NCBI GenBank assembly: GCA_963693365.1
Contig: CAVNZM010000003.1
Coordinates: 6,889,448 to 6,953,447 of the forward strand
DNA: 64,000 bases
DNA from: Amoebidium appalachense
Lineage: Eukaryota; Protista; Ichthyosporea
Reading direction: 5' to 3'
Shown here: positions 55,298 through 64,000 of the stretch, in pieces
Numbering within the stretch: the first letter of the stretch is position 1
Layout of the letters: each line of letters starts with the position of its first letter
The notes under the pieces: model-generated
Told to the model about the DNA's origin: nothing
Databases searched by the model: none
Seen by the model: only the letters and a program-made list of their open reading frames with translations
Translations under genes and position numbers: made by a program

Positions 55298-56498
55298 AGG
55301 GGGGGAGGGGAGAGGGCCCTGGGGGGGCAATACATGACTGATACTAATAGCACCTGTGTGCCGGGATACCACGTGCACGTGTGTGCGCATGTGCGTGTGA
55401 CATACGGGGGGGGGGGCTGGGGGGCAATTACACCAGCACCTGTACACGTGCACGTCCATGTACCGACAGGGGGCAGTGGGCCATGGGGGATCCGGAGGGG
55501 AAGGATTGTGTTGGCAAGTGCACCGCGACCGGGCGGCCGGTGCGGGGCACCGAGACTCGATAACCGGAGCTTTATTGCGTAAACAAACTATTCATGCACA
55601 CTGTGGTGCATGACCACCGGATCCTAATACGGCTCTCAATTTGGAGGTTTACACATGATTTATTGCTGTGGACGCTTTCAATTGATTGATTGAGGTGCAC
55701 ACATTACGTTGCATATACCGTCGCTAATTAAAACGTTCGGCACACCGTCCCCCCCCCCCTGCACACAAAAAAAAGGCACACCACGGCAGCATTTCACAAC
55801 TGAGATCTGCAGGCCACACATTCACGTGCACTTGCCATTGCCATATCAGGCAACCACACCCACTACACGCACACATGCCATTGCCATATCAGGAGTATCA
55901 CACATCACACACTTATACATCATCACAATTACACGACATTTCGTCGCAAGCCATGCTCAGGTGCGCACATGTACACACATCATTTGCAACTTTTCGACAC
56001 CACACACACCATATGTAGGTATACGTAATGCAACACAGTGCTCTGATTGGTCACATGTCAGTGCTATATTTCGTCATGGCCCACCAGTGGGCTCAGGGCC
56101 TACATACATGCCAACCAGTGCACCTGGCTAAAAATAGATTGTGTGCACGTGGCCTGATCTCATCCTCGTCCGACCTTCGCATGCACAATACGTCTTTACA
56201 CCCCCTCGATTCTGTCGCCACAAAACATGTGTAGTGCAATATGTGTGGGTGTGTGTGTGCTATATATACCATATACCACGTGTGCATGCACGTGCTTGTG
56301 TTTGTGCTTTTGCGCACCAATGCCTAGCGAAAGGACGCGCACGTGTATGCACATGTGTGTGCCATAGTGCACGGGCATGTCAATGTGCGCGCATGTGTGA
56401 TGCTATGCTAGTGCTAAAACCCGTATCGGGAATGTGCATATACACACCCCATATATACCCTTCCCCTCCCCAACCCACTCCCCTCGCTCCTGCACGGC

Positions 56499-57268
56499 TC
56501 AGAAAGCATAGTTGAACTTGTAATAATCGTCATCAAAGGTATGCAGTCTCACATACCCATCCTCACCGCCGCTTGCAAAGCTACGCCCATCGGGGTGGAA
56601 AGCCACCGTGTTGATGGGCCCAAAGTGGCCCCTCACACGGCCAATCTCGCTCTCGAACACCAAGTGGAAGAAGCGCACCTCGAACTTTCCTACACGTGTG
56701 GATGTGGTTGTGACGTTCATGGCCTCCTGACCACCCCCCAGAATCACGTGGTCCCTGATGGGGGAGACAGCGGCACTGTTGACGTTTGTGTTTGTCTTGA
56801 AGGTTTTGAGCACACAGAAGTCACGAGCATCCCAAAGCTTGGCCGTCGAGTCCTGTGAAGTGTAGATCCATGTGAGCATAGTGCGGACTTGCACCTGAAC
56901 CCCCCCCCCCCCCCCCCCCCCCCCTCTCAAACCAAAAAAAGAAATATAAAAAAGGAAGGGAGAAAAAAAACCTTCCAAGCAAGGAAAAACATCAACACAG
57001 ACGCAGACGCAGACACACACCACCACCACCACACAAAACCACATCAGGAAAAAGCCCCAAAAACCAGGCGAACAAAGGCGGAGAGGAAGGGGTGAAATGC
57101 TGGTGAAAAGGGAATGAGGGAAGTGAGCCCGGGTGGGAGGTTGAGGAATGGATGTGGTGTCAGTGTGTGTGCTTGTGCGTGCGTGCGTGTGTGTGTGTGT
57201 GTGTGTTTGCTTGGCTGTGTATGTGTGTGTATGTAATTTGGCCGAGTGAGTGAGGGTGAGGGTGAGTG

Positions 57269-57314
<46 letters not shown>

Positions 57315-59281
57315 AGTGAGAGAGTGAGAGAGAGAGAGAGAGTGTGTGTGTGTGTGGGTGCGTACACCTGTTGGCTATGTGCATGCACGTCTGACGAGGT
57401 AATGGGGGTCCTGGCACCGACTGCCCCATCATCTCAAAGGGTATGCGCACGTGCATGCATATCCCCATCAACCTACATCATGGGCACACACAAAGAGATT
57501 GCATGCATAGATGCATCCACATGCACAAACAAAGGCTCAAACCCCGAACGTACAAATGCAAGCAGAACACAGATGAATGAAAAGCAAAATGAAAACACGC
57601 GCACAAAAAAGCACATATGCATCAACGAGCTTTAGAAATATACGCACGACCACGCGTGCCCCCCCCCCCCACACACACACACCCACGCACGTACCTTTGA
57701 AGCGGAGATAAGCATGCCCCGATCCTTGCTCAGCTGCAGGTCCATAATAGTGCCCTCATGCTCCTCCGTCTCCACCCCAATCAGCTGGCCTGTCTTGTAT
57801 TCGTACCTCTTGACGTGCCCATTCTCGTGCCCGGTAAACACTACGTCATCGTAGCCGTCAATGATCGCTGACGTCACCTGCAAACAGACCAATGTCAATA
57901 GGGGTACATCGGAACATGAAAAAAACAGGAGTACATAGAGCCACACAAATGACCCTATTGTGATTTGACAATAAGTGCAGTGCATGGCGCGCACACACAC
58001 AAATGCAAACATACAGACAGGCATACGGAAACACACATGATTGCATGCAGCACGACATGAACGGCAGCCCACGAACTCAATGTGTGTCCGCCCCTCCCCC
58101 CCCCCCCCCCCAGAAAAAAAACAACACCACCCCTCCCACAGTTGCTACCCCCCCCCCCCCCCCCCAAAACACACACACACAAACACACACACCAGTTACC
58201 AACTAAAGACCTCCTAAATATAGAACACTCCTTCCGGAACCTAAACAGCCAGCCCCTCTATGAATCCACAAAACAAACACCGAAGCAGCTTTTTGTAAGT
58301 CATCCTTACACCCACAGGCCCTGACACTACACATGGCACAGGCATTGCATGGCCATGCTGTTCTTGAGTGCACATGCACACATCGACACCCTCACTCCCC
58401 CCCCCCCCCCCCAAAAAAAAAAAAAAAAAAAAACATAAACCCCCATCCCCTCACACAGACACCATCCCACCGCTCACCCAAACACCACTCCCTAGCATCT
58501 GCACACTCACAAGGGCGACACCTTCACGCCCACACTCCCCGTTTACGTGCACGTACCCCCCCCCACGGCACACACACACCCCCCTTTGCCACCCACCATA
58601 CCACATCCCACCACCACCACCACCCCGACCCCCCCACACACACATCTTACTGTAATTCGCTCCACCCCCCCTCCCTTCCCCCCCCCAACCCCCAAAAAAC
58701 CACACACACCATTCCCCCCACGCACCTTTGAGCCCTCGATCTCTATCTTCTGGTAGGGGCTGCTCGTCTTCAGCTGGCTGGGGTCTCTAAGGTCGAACCA
58801 GGCCATGGTGCAGGGCTTGCCCATGCGCTGGTCCGTGCTCAGCACAAGACCATGACCCCCGGCATTGAAGTTGACCGTGCGCACGGCCGTGTCCGTGTTG
58901 ATGGCATACAGCTGCTTGCCCGTCTCCGTGTCCCAGATCTGAAAGAGGAGGAGAGATGAGGAGTGAGATGGTGAGAGATGAACCAGGGATGAGATCATGA
59001 AGGAGGGCCAACGACACAAAAGAGGGTGAGAACATGAAAAAGAGATGAAATCACGAAAGAGGGACGAGACGCCGAGGCTGGCCCAAAAAGACTGCGAGCC
59101 CGTCTGACTGTCCGTTACACGAGTGAACTTCAGAATTGTGGCTGACAACACACACCATTGCAGAACGCATGCACGGGAAAAAACACCGAACAACAAGAGA
59201 TGCAGAGGCACAAATTAGCCCAATTGCCGTGCAAACGTGTGGGCTGTGCAGGTGCAAACCCTCCCATGCTATGGCTTACCG

Positions 59282-59322
<41 letters not shown>

Positions 59323-59658
59323 TTGCGATCCAACATATCCCACTCGCACACAACTGCATCGGCTATCCCAGCAGTCCTGCCCCCCCCACCCCCCACAGAC
59401 CAAAAGAGAAAAAAGGAACGGCAAAAAACCGTCGTTTCATGAACCAAGAGCAGCACACAAACTACTAAAAGCGCCCAGCAAACCCAGCAGATTACGCGAG
59501 TTCCAGACACAAAGCATCTTACCCCCCTCCCCCCCTCCTGTTGTCTCCTAACCCTGAAGTTTGTTATCCATTCACCCCCCCCCCCCCCCTCCCTTCCCCT
59601 GAAAATACACACACACACCATGATGCTCAAAACATACCATCACGCACACACAGCCTCT

Positions 59659-59696
<38 letters not shown>

Positions 59697-60338
59697 TCCC
59701 CCAAAAATATGGCCCTCAAACTGCAACGATCCCTCCATCCACTATCAACGTGTGCTTGCCACATCTGGTGCACCATATAACCCAAACACTTTCAATCAAA
59801 AAACACTTCCTGTATCCAACTTCTCTAAAAATTGAACAGCAGCAAAAGGGAATGGTAAAGCCGATCGAGGAAACGTTAGGCAGCAGGCCACGAGTTTTGG
59901 GGTCCATGCACTTTCTCCTCATTTACCCACCCACAAACGTGTACGAGGACAACGAATATGCACTGTGATAGTAGCTATGCATTTACGCGCAACAGAGCAA
60001 GGCGACTGCGGTTGTATCAAAAAAAACAGCGCCCCGTCCACCAGATAAAGCCTCGCGATCCAAACCAGCCGCTGCATGTTCCTTCCACGCCCATGCCCTC
60101 AACATACCCTGGCAGTCAGATCGGCGGCACCAGAAACCACACGCGTCGTGTCGAAGCTCACATCGATGCACCAGCAGGCACCTGTGTGGCCATTCAAGGT
60201 GCCCAGCCGCTCTCCGTTGTGTGAGTGCCAAACATTGGGCTTGTTATCTTTGGCTACAGAGAACAGAAGATCGCCCTGTCTGTTGTACTTAATCTGTGTG
60301 AGAGAGCGCTCGTGCCCGTGGAGAAGAATGGGCTTCAT
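56499..60338 (-). CDS. EIF3I: Translation initiation factor eIF3 subunit I (WD40), 4 exons, 326 aa
   Basis: Exons 60108-60338, 58726-58938, 57695-57877, 56499-56852, all phase 0. [84 protein letters not shown] are diagnostic. Confidence 0.97.
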
Positions 60339-60487
60339 GGTGCGTGTGTAAAGGGCGCTACGGCCTACAATATCCTACTCTTTTCTAGGTGGTAAAAGAG
60401 AGGGCAGACAGGTTGGCTGTGTACGCGTGTGTGTCTTGGCAACACAGACAGATGTCACCGCCAGGCGCCAAATCCACACGTGACATG

Positions 60488-60495
60488 TGACGTCA
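60488..60495. promoter_or_regulatory. CRE-type palindrome upstream of eIF3i
   Basis: TGACGTCA about 150 bp upstream of the ATG, a position similar to the RBM22 cluster. Confidence 0.35.
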
Positions 60496-60945
60496 GTGAT
60501 TTAAATTCGACTCGGGTCAGAACTCGAGTCAGGGCCAATCCGAATCGATCAAAAAATCGATCCGAGCCAAAAGCTAGAACAACGCGTTCTGGATCTAGAA
60601 CACAGCCACCTCTTGTACCACATGTTGAAGCCCTTGGCGATATGCCGATGTGGCGCAACTTATTGTAGGGTTGTACGAGGATTGTGGTGTTGTGTTGGTG
60701 ATACGGACCCGGTATGTCGGGCCGGAAAGCTGTGTGCGTGCGTGCGTGTGTGTGTGTATGTGTGTGGGGGGTTTATGCACTTTGTATTGCTGCGGACATC
60801 GTCAGGGGTTCAGCCTCACTTGACGGCCTACTGGGTTTTCCAGCGCAGCCAATCAAATACAGCTAGTGACTTATGTACACTGTATGCAATAAAACAACCC
60901 TAGTATAGGTTATGGATAAGCAGAAGCTAGCATTGGTAGCTCCGA

Positions 60946-60976
<31 letters not shown>

Positions 60977-61137
60977 TGTGTATTCACTCCGTGGCACATG
61001 TCACGGCCTCGAGTAAACGACGTAGGAGGGCCCCCGGCCAATTCGGCTTTTTTGCACAACGGGGCGTAAACCCCCGGCGTGCGCGCGTGCGTGTGCATTT
61101 GCGTGCGTGCGTGTGTGTGTGTGTGTGTGTGTGTGTA

Positions 61138-61229
<92 letters not shown>

Positions 61230-61343
61230 ACGGTGTATGTGTGTGTGTGTGTGCGCACACGTGTGTACGGGGTGTGTGTGTGTGTGTGCGTGTCATGTGC
61301 ACGGTCATGTGTATGTGTGTGTGTGTCACGGTCATATGTGTGT

Positions 61344-61394
<51 letters not shown>

Positions 61395-61526
61395 CGCGCG
61401 CGTGTGTGCAGGACCTGGTGATGTGGTGCGCTTTTTTATGTATGCATGTGTGCATGTGATGTGGGTGTATTTGCATGTGTGCCACGTGTCACCACGTGTG
61501 TGTGTGTGTGTGCGCGTGTGTGTGTG

Positions 61527-61574
<48 letters not shown>

Positions 61575-62545
61575 CGCGCGCGCGTGCGTGTGCGTGTGTG
61601 CACGCGACGTCTGTACATGTATTGGCGCTCGTGCGGGTGTCTATGAGCGTTAACGGTTTGCATGTATGTCTGCGTGTACATACGTGTGCGTGTGTCCGTG
61701 TGCAGCTTGTGTGTGGGTCGGCGAGAAACACTGTGTAAGTGTGTGCGTACATGTGTGGGTGCCATTTTGTGTTCTATCACTGGCATGCATGCGTGCACAT
61801 GCGTACATTGGTGCTCATACCGAGTGCACATTACATGCAGCCCGCACGCCTGATCATCTACCACTGTGGCACTGCGCACTTGCCACGGTGCATGCCTGTG
61901 TACGTGTCAGTTGGCATTCGATCAAGTTCCTTCAAGGACACGTGGTTTTAAGGGGTTAAAATGTTGCCTCGAGGCACAGATACCAGTCTCAGGTACCGTT
62001 ATATTTGTGGGTGGCCACGTAGGGAGATCTCCGGGAAAGGGGGGGGGGGGACAGGACTCAGAGGATGCTCGTCATATGCGGGCGGTCCCCTATAAGTCCT
62101 ACCGTTTTTCCGATACGGTAGGTTTGGTTTTACATGCTCCATGATTTGGAAACCGATTGGGAGTGTAGACGAGGGGCACTAGCATTGGCTGCATGCGCCC
62201 CTTTCAAATTTATCTTTCACGATATCATATGGGGCAAAAAGAGTCGGATGCTTACTACATTATGTATCCATTGCTTGGGTTTCGTCTTTTCTCTTTTTTT
62301 TTCTTTTTTTTCTTTTCTGATTCCTTCAATGTAATGTCCTTACTCACTTTCCTTTTAATTCTTTTTTCTCTTTTCACTTTCTTTTTTTCCCCCATTCTTT
62401 CTGTTCTTTTCTTTCAAAGTTTTTTCCAACTTAGTTTTTTCACGGTGCACAAGTGGTTGTGGGGGTGGTGGTGGTGTCCGGGGGGGAGGGGGGGGGGGGG
62501 GGGGGGGGGGGACTCACTCAGGGGCACCAAGGCATCAGTTGTGTG

Positions 62546-62720
62546 CGTGTATGTGCCTGCACATGTGCGTGTGTATGTGTCTGCATATGCGTGTGAGCGT
62601 GTATGTGCCTGCACATGTGCGTGTGTGCGTGTATGTGCCTGCATATGTGTGAGCGTGTATGTGCCTGCAAATGTGCGCGTGTGTGTGTATGTGCCTGCAC
62701 ATGTGCGTGTGTGCGTGTCG
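62546..62720. repeat. Degenerate minisatellite with a GTATGTGCCTGCA core on a GT background
   Basis: About six recurrences of the core at 26-32 bp spacing. Confidence 0.75.
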
Positions 62721-62910
62721 GCATTGTTTGCGCGTCACGGTATGTGCGCCAAGCATATGTACCTGCTGGGATGCGTGCCCTAACTAGTGAGTGAATGAGT
62801 CACCAGTTTGCAGCTGGGTGGGCGCCTGTGTGCCCGCACCGGTGTGCTTGTGTGTGTGTATACGTACATGTATGCTGTGTGTGTGTGTGTGTGTGCATAG
62901 ATGTGTGTGT

Positions 62911-62941
<31 letters not shown>

Positions 62942-62956
62942 CATAGATGTGTGTGT

Positions 62957-62995
<39 letters not shown>

Positions 62996-63028
62996 TTTTT
63001 TTGTGCCTTTCTGTGTATGTGTGTGAGT

Positions 63029-63061
<33 letters not shown>

Positions 63062-63434
63062 CTTGTGAAGTGTGTGTGTGTAGTATAGTGTCTCCTCTAT
63101 CCCTCTCAACCGTGACTCATCCTCCCCTCCACCCCTCGGGGCGCCCTTATGAAACGTTCCCTTTCTTCCCGGCCCCCCTCCCCTTCCCAGATCCTCCCTC
63201 CCCCCCCCCCCCCGTCCCACTTCCCCCCACATCATGGGGGTTTCTTATTGGCGGAGTATCCGGAATCGATTCTATCCCTTAGTCCCAGTACTCAGAGTAT
63301 GCTAAAATAGTGAACTGAGTTCTGGCTTCTGATCACTCCACTGGATAACGCAAAATATTATTTACCCTCAATAAATCTCCTCTAGGTTAAATACATCACT
63401 CAGACACTCGCCAGCCTTCAATGGCATTACTAAT

Positions 63435-63496
<62 letters not shown>

Positions 63497-63821
63497 AAAA
63501 AAAGAAAAAAAGAAGAAGAAGAAGAAGAAGAAAAACAAGACTTCTGTTCCTGAGAAACGCCGTCAAACGGGACCGCAAATAGGTTCATTGACTGGGTGAA
63601 GCTTAACATTGGATAAGAACACCGGGTGTTCTCCAAATCAAATGGTAACACTCAGTGACTAACTTATGCATATTGTACACTTAGTCTAGCACAAAACTGA
63701 GAGGATTCCTGGGCAAAGTATGCGACTCTCTAAATACCTAGTCTTAGCAGGGAAACATCAAGCTAAGATTGAACAGATTCGGCTGCTGAGACTGACTTTC
63801 AAAGAGAGAAAATTCTGTGTT

Positions 63822-63854
<33 letters not shown>

Positions 63855-63902
63855 CCCCCTTTTTTTTTGGTGGTGGTGGTGGTGGTGGCGGTGGTGGTGG
63901 TG

Positions 63903-63963
<61 letters not shown>

Positions 63964-64000
63964 GGGGGGGGGTATGTCGTTTATCATTGGGACCAATTCA

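Overview
Intron-rich eukaryotic DNA saturated with (CA/GT)n, (GA)n and long poly-G/poly-C tracts, so most ORFs in the supplied track are microsatellite artefacts. By hand I spliced four complete genes with consistent GT-AG phases: a PEBP-fold mitoribosomal protein mL38/MRPL38 (minus, 10 exons), a Sec66/Sec71-family translocon subunit (plus, 5 exons), the splicing factor RBM22/Slt11 (minus, 15 exons) and eIF3i (minus, 4 exons). A divergent syntenin-like tandem-PDZ gene lies on the plus strand with uncertain 5' exons. The 39-51 kb interval is a transposon graveyard. It holds a degenerate LINE that ends in a (CA)n tract and carries a 14-bp telomere-like insertion, a possible hAT remnant, and a frameshifted, intron-containing THAP/P-element transposase. 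That transposase is truncated by a copy of its own putative end repeat, next to a tRNA-like cassette and a third repeat copy whose core is inverted. The 10-20 kb interval holds a palindromic MITE-like element, a Helitron-like 3' end and a diverged repeat family. Sec66 together with a syntenin-like gene suggests a unicellular opisthokont/holozoan (inference only). All family calls come from recalled motifs; no database search was run.
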